From: a virus
DNA length: 64,000 bases
Direction: 5' to 3' (one strand)
Virus record (IMG/VR): IMGVR_UViG_3300050035_000086
Location: 28,953-92,952 of that record
Shown: positions 50,550 to 60,651 of the stretch, in pieces
How positions within the stretch are numbered: position 1 is the first letter of the stretch
How the letters are laid out: every line of letters starts with the position of its first letter
Program-made: the position numbers and the translations under genes
The notes under the pieces: generated by a model
What the model saw: only the letters and a program-made list of their open reading frames with translations
Database searches by the model: none
Told to the model about the DNA's origin: nothing

Positions 50550-50985
50550 TCAAGCACCACCCAATCATCCGCAAGAAGGTCCTGCGTATACATCAAAGCT
50601 TCAGACCCGTCATCCATTGTCCAAGGACCCAAGCTGGAACCTCTTGGAGAGCCTACATTAAAAGACTGGGGTTGAGAAGTTCGGTACACCCGCTTTCCTT
50701 CTCGGACCCACTTTGCTGCTTGCTGAATACTAGCCATTGTCTTCCTCCTCAACTCCGAGCAGTTGGAGTATTCCAGTTCTTAGCTTCTCTTGTTCCGATC
50801 CCAATTGGTTGATTTTTGAGAGAAGCTGGCGAATGTAGGTGATAGCGTCTTCGTACGTTGCTTTTTGCACATAGTACGATCCACTAGCTCCCCCTTCGTA
50901 CGTAAATCCTCCGCCCTCAAAAGGCCCCGTAGCAAAGGCAAAATGGTCGGAATTCCGGAAACGAATTAAAGTCCCCGCTCCTGTT

Positions 50986-51627
50986 TTACGCTTGGACATT
51001 TTCCTCCTTCACTTTATCGTACATCTGAATACCCCAAGTAAGAGCATAGCAGCACCAGATGAATCGGTAGGTGTACTCTCTGAGGTCCCATTCCCAAGTG
51101 TCGCTGAACTCGAAAGTATGGCCTTCAATTTTGCAAGAGAAGTCACGCAAAGACTCGTGAGCCTCGTGCTCGTTGTCAGAGCGTCGTAACACATCTTCCT
51201 TGACCCACTCCCACAGTTCGTCAGTTTGGTCCTCGGTCAGAGAGTAGTCCGCGATCCACTCCTTGGTGTGTTCGTTGACCAGTTCTTCAAATTTTTCAGA
51301 AGAGAACTCACGGAAGTTGGAATCGTACCCGTCTCGGTCAACCGCCTCTAGCTTCTCTCCCCAATACCCAAGGTTGATTCCAAGACGATCTTTATATCGC
51401 CGGTCTGTCCGGAAGAACTCAAACATATCATTCAGTCGCGAGAATACAAAGCACCCCATATCCCCAGAGTAGGCGAGGTATCCAGACCACGTTACAATGT
51501 CGAACCTCTGGTTCCAAGACCCATTATTTGAAAACTGGAGGTGTCGGTAAACGCCGTCGTCCTTCAGGATTTTTATCGAGTGGTTGGCTACGTCTTTCAG
51601 GAAACTCTCTTCAGTTGGTTGGCTCAT
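50986..51627 (-). CDS. Conserved phage hypothetical protein
   Basis: DDGVYRHL.F...FDIVTW.G.L.YSGDMG.FVFSRL.DMF.FFR. Confidence 0.65.
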   Translation of the reverse strand: MSQPTEESFLKDVANHSIKILKDDGVYRHLQFSNNGSWNQRFDIVTWSGYLAYSGDMGCFVFSRLNDMFEFFRTDRRYKDRLGINLGYWGEKLEAVDRDGYDSNFREFSSEKFEELVNEHTKEWIADYSLTEDQTDELWEWVKEDVLRRSDNEHEAHESLRDFSCKIEGHTFEFSDTWEWDLREYTYRFIWCCYALTWGIQMYDKVKEENVQA

Positions 51628-52375
51628 CGGTCTCCTCAACTTTCTCCACCAAACTTGGCAAATGTGAGAAGTGCTCAGGATCAATCTGCGGGTCAACCTC
51701 TCGTAGCAGTCCGGTTATTACAGAGGCCCATCGTTCTTCGGTGGTGCGACCGATACTTGTTCCGCCGAGAATGTGTCCGTCTTTGAAGCTCTCTGTGGAG
51801 ATTCCATTCAAATCCACACCGTCCACCAACCGGGCCAGAACGGCACCCAGAGAGTCAAGTGGAATACGAAAACCGCGCTGGTAAAACTTGAGGACGCGAA
51901 GCAGACTACCCCCGCTATCCTCATTCCGCTGTGGAGACCTATACACCAACCTCTTAGCGGCGAGGTCCGCGTAGAACTCATCATCAATCAGACTTGTCCA
52001 TTTCTCGGACTCGAACCAAAGGGCCGAACAGGCGATAGTAAAGTCGAACGACTCAATCAAATACTGCGGGGTTGGGAAGGACCACCGATGGATGTACTGC
52101 ACGAAAGGTCGGGGAGTCAGCTTTACCGAAATTGCGTTACCGGTTTCGTACGGCTTCTTCTTCGCTTCGTCTGCTAGTTCTTTCGCGAATAGCTTTGCGT
52201 CTTCTGGTGTCTGCGTGAACAAGTCTAGGTCATTAGGCTTTTCCCCAGACACCATCGAGCGGATATACCCGCCGCCCAGGACAAGTCGGGGTCCGTACTT
52301 AATCATTTGGTTTCGCAGACGGACAGGCAAAAGCCGGACCGCCCAATTCAGATCATGTGGATTTAGTTCTCGCAT
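51611..52375 (-). CDS. Nucleotidyltransferase (CCA-adding/poly(A) polymerase head-like)
   Basis: LGGGYIRS....KPNDLDLF, FDFTI, LLRVLKF..RGF. Confidence 0.75.
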   Translation of the reverse strand: MRELNPHDLNWAVRLLPVRLRNQMIKYGPRLVLGGGYIRSMVSGEKPNDLDLFTQTPEDAKLFAKELADEAKKKPYETGNAISVKLTPRPFVQYIHRWSFPTPQYLIESFDFTIACSALWFESEKWTSLIDDEFYADLAAKRLVYRSPQRNEDSGGSLLRVLKFYQRGFRIPLDSLGAVLARLVDGVDLNGISTESFKDGHILGGTSIGRTTEERWASVITGLLREVDPQIDPEHFSHLPSLVEKVEETDEPTN

Positions 52376-53647
52376 TCTTCCTCCTCCACGGTCCATTTAG
52401 TGGACAAAAGTTCCTCTATGTAAAACCCGAACGGCTCTGGATTTTCTCTTTCACTGTTTAGAAGCATACCCTCGTCGTCCATTACGGCCACGAACCCGTA
52501 CTCGGACACGAGCTTCTTCTTGGGAGTCATTCTTTTCGCCGCATCAATGATGTTCATTCTTCTCCTTCTTCTACAACAGTATTATAGCACGACTTGCAGA
52601 GCAGCAGTCCATTATTCGGATCGAACAACTCGTCAGTCAGGTCTCCGCACCCATCGCAGTACTCATCTTCCAGTTCCGGCCCGTCGTCCGGGCTTAGGAG
52701 GCCGCAGTACTCCGGTTCGCTTTCGCTCTTGTATTCTCGTTTGCTGGTAGCGCCCATAGCCCCCCTAAGTGAACATGTACAGAGAATCATATTCTCCGCT
52801 GTACAAAACTCCACAGCGATGGAGTTCGATTAGCTCGTCTTCGGTTGCGACGGCGAGAAGGCTGTCGGGACTCGTGTCCAAATAGATTTCGTCGTATCCG
52901 GCGTCCGATACAATGTCAGAGTTTCCCGGAACTAGCTTGTCCAGTAGCAGGAAAGCATGAAGATCCGGGCGGTTGGACAGCTTGTGCGTAACACGGTTAA
53001 ATTTGAGAAACTCGTCTTCGTGTTCCTCGTAGAAGCTTTCTAAGTCGGTAATCATATCTTCCTCCGTCCAGATAATGGACTACTCGCTCCTTAGAGCGGC
53101 TCTGTCTTTTTGGTCAATGTGTTCGATGAACTGGGGAGTAGCTCCGCGTTGGAGCAAGTCCTCGGTCTCGTACTTCTTTTTGTCCAAAAGGCGTTTCTCC
53201 AAGCGTTTTACCTTGCGTTGGAGCTTCTCGATTTCCTTTTGCTGCTTGGTGATTATTTCGGCGTCTGTCAAGCTGGTTTCAGCGGTCCTGGTCCGCCGCC
53301 TCCTTCAATGAAGTCTTTGTAAATAGTCCACGTCAGAAACCCAAATGCAAAGATACAGAACACCAAAGACAACCAAGGGGCGTTCAGAAGGCCGAAGGCG
53401 ACTCCGAATACGAAACAGACATAACCCATTACGCGAGATTCAAGAGAGGTCATTCCTCCTCCTCGGGTGTCAATTCGTTCGTATAGTCTTGCAGCAAGTC
53501 CCAGATGTGCGCTCTGATTCCCTGCTGCCGGATAGCTTGGTTAATGCTTTCGTTTCCGAAGTCGGTATCCGGCTCGGATTCGTAGGCTTCCATGATTTCG
53601 TCTACTAAGGTTTCAATGTCCATTTCTCTCCTTGTCCATTATCTGGA

Positions 53648-54046
53648 CTAGTCCCACAAATCTCCGTACCATTTTGCAAACAAGTGGAGGCCCTTATTTT
53701 GGGTTTTGGTAAGTTCTTTGAGTTGACCCCTGTTTTCATACTTAGCGTCGGCTATGGACCGAGAAGCGAAGAATCCCACTTGAATTTCAGTAAGAATCTT
53801 GTTCCACTCTTCTTCAGTAATGCTCATCGGGATAGAGTGGGTATGATACTTGAGGTGGCCAATTGCTTCTGGAAGGACCTCATTCAAGTAGTCATACAAA
53901 CTCCAGGTATCGCAGTTCGCCCACCCGCGAAGACCTCTCTGGACGAAATACTTCACAGCGTAGCAGTAGGTCTTGGGACTGAGGTACTGTTTCCACCAAG
54001 GCCAGCAGAACGTTCGGTATTCGGGCTTCAAACCAAAGTAGGGCAT
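53648..54046 (-). CDS. Conserved phage hypothetical protein
   Basis: DTWSL..YL...L...I..L...EEW..IL.EI...F...GL.LFAKWY..LWD. Confidence 0.65.
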   Translation of the reverse strand: MPYFGLKPEYRTFCWPWWKQYLSPKTYCYAVKYFVQRGLRGWANCDTWSLYDYLNEVLPEAIGHLKYHTHSIPMSITEEEWNKILTEIQVGFFASRSIADAKYENRGQLKELTKTQNKGLHLFAKWYGDLWD

Positions 54047-54260
54047 TTCATTCTCCTATCCATTAGCTGGACTAAATTTAAACCTCTTACTGTCAAACCC
54101 CTGCCAGTCGAAACCAAACGGACCTGGACCAAGGTGAATTGACAGACCGAACAGCCCAATGGTAACACCCCTGGAAATTCGACTGACAAATATTCCGTTC
54201 CGTCGAACCAAAGGATGCTGAACCCAGGCTGAAATTTTCATTTGTTCCTCCAATGTTGTC

Positions 54261-54287
54261 AGTATACCACATTTCGAGTAATTGCAA
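54261..54287 (-). promoter_or_regulatory. Candidate extended -10 promoter downstream of polA
   Basis: TGGTATACT (54269-54261) followed by GGAGG and ATG. Confidence 0.4.
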
Positions 54288-54297
54288 GCAAAATATC

Positions 54298-56520
54298 TCA
54301 ATCTTTTTTATATTCTTTTGCCTCATATCCAGCCGCTTTTAGAGGTATGCCGTCGGGCATCCAAGACGGTTTCTTCGTCATGCACTCACACAGCTTCGCT
54401 ACGGTTAGAGGCGAGTTCTCGGGAACCAAAGTGATAAGCTCATCGTAGGTACTTCCAATAATCTCGAACCCCGCTTGGTCGGCCTCGTGCATCCCGCTAA
54501 CCAGGATGTCTCTCGCCCACGACTGGTCGGCATTTTCAAAGATTTTCCCCCCGTGCGTCGGAACTCTTCCCCAATGGGTGGAATTTTGCTCCTTGCCATA
54601 GTAGGAGATTTTCTCGCTGGTTATTTCTTTTCCATTCCAGACATACTTCTCTTCCTCCAGGGTCGGGTCCAGATAATGGATACTCCGCCCACTCGGGAGC
54701 TTGAGTTCCAAGACCTTGGCTCCGTGGCAAAGAAAAGACACGACGGGATCATATATTTTACGACCTTTTTCGGCAAACCACTCTTCTTCTCTTTTGGTAT
54801 GCGGGACCCCTACCCCGAACAGCTTACCGGGGTTCTTGATGGCGCGTCTTGCCGCCCGTTCCATGTCCTTCCAGGTCCGGGGTATCTCTGGATACACAGA
54901 ACGGAAAATATCGATGGCTTTGACTGCTTCTTCTCGGGTCATCACGACGCCCATCGTGCGCGCGTAGGCCAACAACCCTGTCCATACTTTGTTTCCACCT
55001 CCCATAACAGAGCCACACTCCGGGCAAAGGGGAGGCAGGGGTTGCTTGTAGTTCTTCTTGAGTCCACACCGGGAGCACTCCCACTCGTAGAATTCGTCTC
55101 CGGCTCCTAGCCCAAACCCAGAGCCAAGGGTGGCAGGTTTGCACATAGTCCGTTTGGCTTTGTTTCCGCGCCCTTCATCATACTCAGCTTCCAGTTCTGC
55201 ATACGTCATTTTGTAGAAGTGCTGTCCAAAATCGAGGTAAGGGTCTCGTCCTTCCCGGAAAACACGAAGTACGGGGTCGCTGTGAGCGATAAAACCGGCT
55301 CCAACGTTTTCGATTGCCGAGAGATCAGCCGTCACCAGCTTCATTCCCTCGGGGGCACGAAACGCGGCGCGAACTGTCGAACCAACTACGTCAAGTGGCT
55401 TTCCAAACTCCTTCAAAATGGAATCATAGTCAGCGGAGCGGACCAACTCGATGGCTCGCTGCATATTTTTCTCGACATACTTTACCGGCTTCGGAAGATT
55501 TCCCATGTTGACGCCGTGCGCAGCCCAGCGGCCCGTCCTTGCTGCTCCCATGAAGGTGTACTGGTGCCGCAGTCTCCCGTCCGCGCTCACCATGTCCGCG
55601 ATGTTGGTGTACTTCCGTACGGCGGACTTAGATGTTTGTCCACGCAGTAGTAGGGCTTCTTTCGCTTCCTCGGTGAGGTCACATTCGCCGGACATTGCCC
55701 GGGCCACGAAAGGTTTACCAAGCGAAGAGAACCCGTAATTATGCTCCCGAAGCCAAGGCAAAATCTGGCTAACAGAATTTGGATTGTCTAAACCGGTGAG
55801 TTCTTTGAGGCGGGCGGTGAGTCGTTCCATCTCCTTTTGGGTGATGAATTTTCCACCGTTGACCAGAGGCATGTCAACGCTCCAGCCGGTTTCGTTGATC
55901 TTCTGGTCCAAAAACCACGCCTCCCATTCCTGGTCGGGCAGGGGAAAGTCCTTCAGCTTCTTTACGGCAATAGTTCTTTCAGCTTCTGTGTCTCGTATGC
56001 CATACTTACAAAACAAGGCCCAGTCCTCTGGGTCTGTGTTCCAGTCTCGGTAAGAGGCGGCGCTGAGGCCAAACAACGTGTCGTTCCCCCCGAAAGTTTC
56101 GGGGGAGCAGAACTTCTTGATGAGACGTTTTCCTTCTTTTAGTTTAGCTTCTGATTCTTTAAGCCCTAAAATTTGACCGGCTTCGTCTAGTCCTCCGGGC
56201 AAGGACAGGTAGCGCGCGCGGACCATCGAGCAGCGCCACTCGTTGATTGGTTTGTGGATTCCCAGAAAACGACGTGCTGCATTCCTCTCGAATTGCGCAC
56301 CCCAGGCGTTGGCAATCACAAACGGGTCCATCAAAGCCTCGACCAATTCAGTGGGGGGCTTAGGGTCCAAATGAGGTTGCCATAAATGGACACGCCCATT
56401 ATCGATGGCGTGCTGGCTCATGATAAGTTCAGTAGAAGGGTCATCAAAATAATTAGCGAGGCCGACAACTTCCAAGTCAGCCTCGCTTCGAGTCTCCACG
56501 TCCCAATGTAGTTCTGTCAT
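54298..56520 (-). CDS. polA: Family A DNA polymerase with 3'-5' exonuclease
   Basis: DVETRS, AQFER, YGIRD (exonuclease); GAARTGRWA, ADLSAIE (A), R..CK...LG.GFG (B), FENADQ..ARD, YDEL (C). Confidence 0.92.
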   Translation of the reverse strand: MTELHWDVETRSEADLEVVGLANYFDDPSTELIMSQHAIDNGRVHLWQPHLDPKPPTELVEALMDPFVIANAWGAQFERNAARRFLGIHKPINEWRCSMVRARYLSLPGGLDEAGQILGLKESEAKLKEGKRLIKKFCSPETFGGNDTLFGLSAASYRDWNTDPEDWALFCKYGIRDTEAERTIAVKKLKDFPLPDQEWEAWFLDQKINETGWSVDMPLVNGGKFITQKEMERLTARLKELTGLDNPNSVSQILPWLREHNYGFSSLGKPFVARAMSGECDLTEEAKEALLLRGQTSKSAVRKYTNIADMVSADGRLRHQYTFMGAARTGRWAAHGVNMGNLPKPVKYVEKNMQRAIELVRSADYDSILKEFGKPLDVVGSTVRAAFRAPEGMKLVTADLSAIENVGAGFIAHSDPVLRVFREGRDPYLDFGQHFYKMTYAELEAEYDEGRGNKAKRTMCKPATLGSGFGLGAGDEFYEWECSRCGLKKNYKQPLPPLCPECGSVMGGGNKVWTGLLAYARTMGVVMTREEAVKAIDIFRSVYPEIPRTWKDMERAARRAIKNPGKLFGVGVPHTKREEEWFAEKGRKIYDPVVSFLCHGAKVLELKLPSGRSIHYLDPTLEEEKYVWNGKEITSEKISYYGKEQNSTHWGRVPTHGGKIFENADQSWARDILVSGMHEADQAGFEIIGSTYDELITLVPENSPLTVAKLCECMTKKPSWMPDGIPLKAAGYEAKEYKKD

Positions 56521-56535
56521 CTTTTCCTTTGTCCA

Positions 56536-56904
56536 TTATTCGGACGGTTTTTCCAAAATCACGGAAGCGTAATAGTTTCCTTCTTTGACGACAACGGGCC
56601 GGTCTTTGAGAATTTCTCGGACGGCCTCAGCGCGCTCGGGGTAATTCTTATCCCAAAGTCCCGAGTCAATGTCCAAAACTACGCTTACCCACTTGACGGG
56701 TTTTTGAGTCGTGGGCGGAACTAGAGGATCGTCAATCGCGGAGAAGTTGAGCGAGTAATAGGATTTTCCACCTAGAGCAAAAGCAATGTCATCCAAATAT
56801 CCGTAGTGAGTTCCCAGATCGTGTACCGAACGTCCCTCGTAGTCTCCTTCGGTGGTTACGTGCCACCAGCCTAATGCTTTATACTGCTTACGGCTTCCGC
56901 TCAT
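56536..56904 (-). CDS. Hypothetical protein
   Basis: AAGGAG RBS; WHVTTEGD.EGRS..DLG...G..DDIAFAL motif. Confidence 0.6.
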   Translation of the reverse strand: MSGSRKQYKALGWWHVTTEGDYEGRSVHDLGTHYGYLDDIAFALGGKSYYSLNFSAIDDPLVPPTTQKPVKWVSVVLDIDSGLWDKNYPERAEAVREILKDRPVVVKEGNYYASVILEKPSE

Positions 56905-57712
56905 TTCAACTCCTTTCGAAGTTCGTCTAGTTGTGTCCCCAGACGCTCAATAAGGCGTAGGCGAAGTCCTAGTGTGGTAATAGGCTCGACTGCCGCCATT
57001 ACCCAAGTTATCTCTTCATCGAGTTCTTGGATTAAAGTTTTGATGGTTGAGTCACGTTTGCTCATTCTCCCTCCCGATAAAATCCACCGTCAATAAAGTT
57101 TGCGGACCAGTCGTCGAAGTCTTGCTGCAACTCCCGGTCGGTCACGTCGTCGTCGTAGTCAAACGTCTCTTCCTTCCTCGCGTTTGCAAATCCGATTCCG
57201 TAATAGAAAGTTACCTTCATGATTCCTCCTCAAGTTCAACGGTTGTTTCTTCAAACACACCCTCGACGGAGTCCACGAAGCCATAAATTCTAAACTTCCT
57301 GTCAAGCCATCCGCCGGTCCTGTTCTGCGTGGTGTCGTAGTTTGGGCTTATTCCCGAGCGTAGGTGATCGGCGATTCGGAAAGCCTCTTCCCTTGTTAGG
57401 CAGTAGTAACGGTGACGTTCGCATCGGGGAGAGGAGTCGTAGTTGTAGACGAGCAGCCGGACGTAGATTTTCTTCTCGGTCATTTCTCCTCCTTACTACT
57501 CATCATTCCCCACAGTATAACACAAAATACACCCCAAGCGGGCCAGAAAATATCGGTTTGAAACAGAACACAAGCTCCCGCCGATAAAACAGCGCCGAGA
57601 GGAACACAAAGAAACCAGAACTTTCGGAAGCTCAGCTTACGAGCTTTCTCTGGATCAGGAGGAGCGGGACGACGGATTAGAGACTCAGCGGAGACAGAGG
57701 TGGGAAAGGGGT

Positions 57713-58149
57713 TCATACTTCTTCTCCTAGTCTTTCCAGCAACTCACGAGCGTCTGCCAGAGCGCGGCAAGACGTGCAGTAGCTTGTGGAATCTTCGGTG
57801 TGGTCTATTTCCAACTCCGCAGACAGAGCGCGGACGGCCTTGACTACTTCCTCGTAGTCCAGATAATGGACGAACGGCCCCTGCGGGTCTTGAAACAGGA
57901 TGTTCGCGCCTCGGTCTGTGTATCGGGTGGTCATATATCTTCTCCCAGATCAACGAGGGCCTTTTCCATGCGCCTTTTGTAGGCCGGGTGTTCTCCCCAG
58001 CGATCGAGGTCTAGGATGGCTTCTCGAAGAGTGACGACCAACTTCGCGTAGTCCGAATAGTGGACAAACTCTCCTTCGGGGTCTTCGCACATTTCGGGAT
58101 TACCGTCTACGTAGTAGGGGTTGGGGATCTCTGTGTACCGTTTGGTCAT
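57713..58149 (-). other. Two tandem paralogous small ORFs (57931-58149, 57713-57934)
   Basis: Both start MT.RYT and share DP.G.FVHY.DY...V..LR. Confidence 0.7.
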
Positions 58150-59526
58150 TGTTCCTCCCTTGCTCGTTTTCTGTACTGGTCCAGAGAGGCGAGCACCCGG
58201 GGTTCAAGAAAGATCACGTTGTCCGCTTCTAGTTGCTCATGGTGGCCGGTCGTGAGCATAATGCTCCCGTCTTCTTCGGCGGTCGCGTAGGCCCCGTCCC
58301 CGAGATATTGTGGTCCGATCATACGCCCTCCTCATCTTCAGCAGTTGTAGGAACGCGCTCCTTGTATCGGGCTATCCACTTTCGACCAGACACTATCGCT
58401 TCATGTTTGCGATCTGCATCCACTCCTTCTACGGCCAGAGCCGTCACACATTTGGTGATTGCTTTCACCGCTGATGCCAATTCTCGATTGCGATTGGTCA
58501 GCGCCATGATAAGATCGTCAATCAACCCTTGGTCAAATTCACCCATCTCTCCTCCTAAACCTGGAACATCTGTCTGTACTCGAAGTAGTCTTTCGCATCC
58601 GCCGTGAAACGTTCTTCGACTGACCCCGGACGTTTGTCTGCGAAGACATACCAAGAGTGCATGTGTCGAATTCCGCGCGCGCTCTTGGCCATCTGATTGC
58701 AGAACTCGTTTACGAAGATCAGGAGTTTGGTTTCGTTGTCCATTATTTGGATTCCTCCGGTTCTGCCTGTCTTCCTGTTGGGTTTCCGTTTGCATCAAAG
58801 CAGCTAAACAGATGTGTGGGAAGATGTACATACTTCCCAGTTGGCTGCGGGTCGATATGGACCTTGGACTTGTTCTTCTCAATTGGTTCTCGGCAGTATT
58901 TGCAGATCACAGCGCCTCCTCTACGGTCTTGCGTTGATTGCTTCGTTCTTGTGCAGAAAGTTTCCGATCACATCTACTGCTGGGAGGTCTTCCTCAAAGA
59001 TCAGTGATCCGGGGTAAAGCGGAGCACCCCCTTTTAGGTGGTTGTATATGTCGGTGAGCAAGGCGATGACCTCGTTAAGTTGCAGCTTAGCCTGAAAAAG
59101 CTGGTCAAGGTGCGAGACGTATCCATCTCCTGGCCTCGACTTCTCCCAAACTTCATCCCAAATTGGGTGTCCCGGCTTAATTCCGTTTACCATTACTCCT
59201 CCTCAAAACTACAACTACTTTACCACGTTGGTGCTGTTGTCGTTATCGCGAGAGTGCCTAAGGGTTGAGGGCGGAATACGCCGTTGACGTGCACTGATCC
59301 AGTAACCTTGTCGCTTCTTCTTGAGATAGGTCATAAGCACGCGAGAAAGATCGTATTACTTCCAGCGCCTTTTCAAGCTGGCCGACGCGCTCTTCAAGGT
59401 AGCGATTTCGCGCCAACGCTGCGTCAAGCGTTCCTTTAAGGCTTACGTCGGCAATGCGATTTAGATTTGTCATTCCGATCCTTTCATAAGGCACTGTAGT
59501 GCCAGCGTTTGTGTTCCTTATCTGGA

Positions 59527-60651
59527 CTACACACAGTCTACCACGTTGTCTGGCGTTTGTCCAGAGGATTCAAGAATTTTTCGGACACGGTCTTGCTGTC
59601 CAGCTGTGATGGCTGAGTAGTATTTCTCAACAGTCTGACACGAATCTCCGATCAGCTTAGACACGTCAAACAGCGAAGCGCCGCGCGCTAGGAGAGAACA
59701 CACGAGCGTTGTGCGAAGTTTATGCGGGAAGCAATCCTCAACTCCGGCACACTTCCCCAACCGGGCAAGCATCTTGTACAACCGCGCCCGAGTTAGGCCA
59801 CCAAGGATAGGGAGGTTGGAGTTCTTATCCGCCGGGACTGCGCTGGCTAACCTAAGCAGCAATTCTCCGTGTAGCGGAATTTGCACCCAGGTCCGTCTCT
59901 TTTTTGTCTGCCAAGTCAGCGTCTTCGTTGTCCAGTTAATGGACGACCACGTTACCGCTGCCGCGTCCGATCCACGCATACCCGTCCAGCGGAGCAGAGC
60001 AAAGGGTAGCTGGTCCTCATCTGTTAGGCAGGATTCTAGGCGTTCCATTTCTTCCGGGGTAAACGGAACCGCGTCCGGCTTCTTCTCTTCAGTCTTGTGC
60101 TTGATCTTTAGGGGCGACTGTCTGATGAGTCCTTCTCCCTGGGCGAAGTTGAAGACCGACTGGAGCACTGTGTAATCGGTCTGGATTCCTTTTCCGTTTC
60201 CGCCGCGCTTGAGTATGTCCTCTTTTCGCTGGACCAGATAATCTTCGACTCTTGCAGAGGAAATATCCCCCAGAGTTTTTACGTCGTGGTTCGCGAGGTA
60301 CTGGAAGAACATGGTGGCAGTTCCGGCATACAGGTCCCGGCTGCGCTCAGCCAGTTCTCCCAACTTGACTCGGCGGTCCAACTTGTCGGTGAATGCTGTT
60401 TCAAATTCGGACAATTCAGGACTGGGTTTGATGCCTCGGTTCGCCGTGAGGATTTCCCACGAGGCTTTTGGAAGCACCGTCTTGAGCGTGTGCCAGTGGT
60501 TTGACTCAGGACCCTCGGCTAGAGCGGCCCCGATCTGGCGAGAGAGGGTCCGAGCCGCTTGGGGAAGACGAGTCCCAAGAGAAAATCGGAGGCGTTTGCC
60601 CCCGACAGTCTCCGAGAAAGTGTATACTTTTCCGCGTTTAACGATTGTCAA
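59527..60651 (-). CDS. int: Tyrosine recombinase / integrase
   Basis: LLRWTGMRGSD, QTKK, PHKLRTT, VSKLIGDS...VEKYY; N-terminal arm-like segment and SAM-like core. Confidence 0.88.
   Translation of the reverse strand: MTIVKRGKVYTFSETVGGKRLRFSLGTRLPQAARTLSRQIGAALAEGPESNHWHTLKTVLPKASWEILTANRGIKPSPELSEFETAFTDKLDRRVKLGELAERSRDLYAGTATMFFQYLANHDVKTLGDISSARVEDYLVQRKEDILKRGGNGKGIQTDYTVLQSVFNFAQGEGLIRQSPLKIKHKTEEKKPDAVPFTPEEMERLESCLTDEDQLPFALLRWTGMRGSDAAAVTWSSINWTTKTLTWQTKKRRTWVQIPLHGELLLRLASAVPADKNSNLPILGGLTRARLYKMLARLGKCAGVEDCFPHKLRTTLVCSLLARGASLFDVSKLIGDSCQTVEKYYSAITAGQQDRVRKILESSGQTPDNVVDCV

Noticed and set aside
17911-56520. Z-genome (2-aminoadenine) pathway suggested by DUF5664, MazG and an unusual PolA
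   Set aside because: No PurZ homologue in the window, and these enzymes are widespread in ordinary phages.
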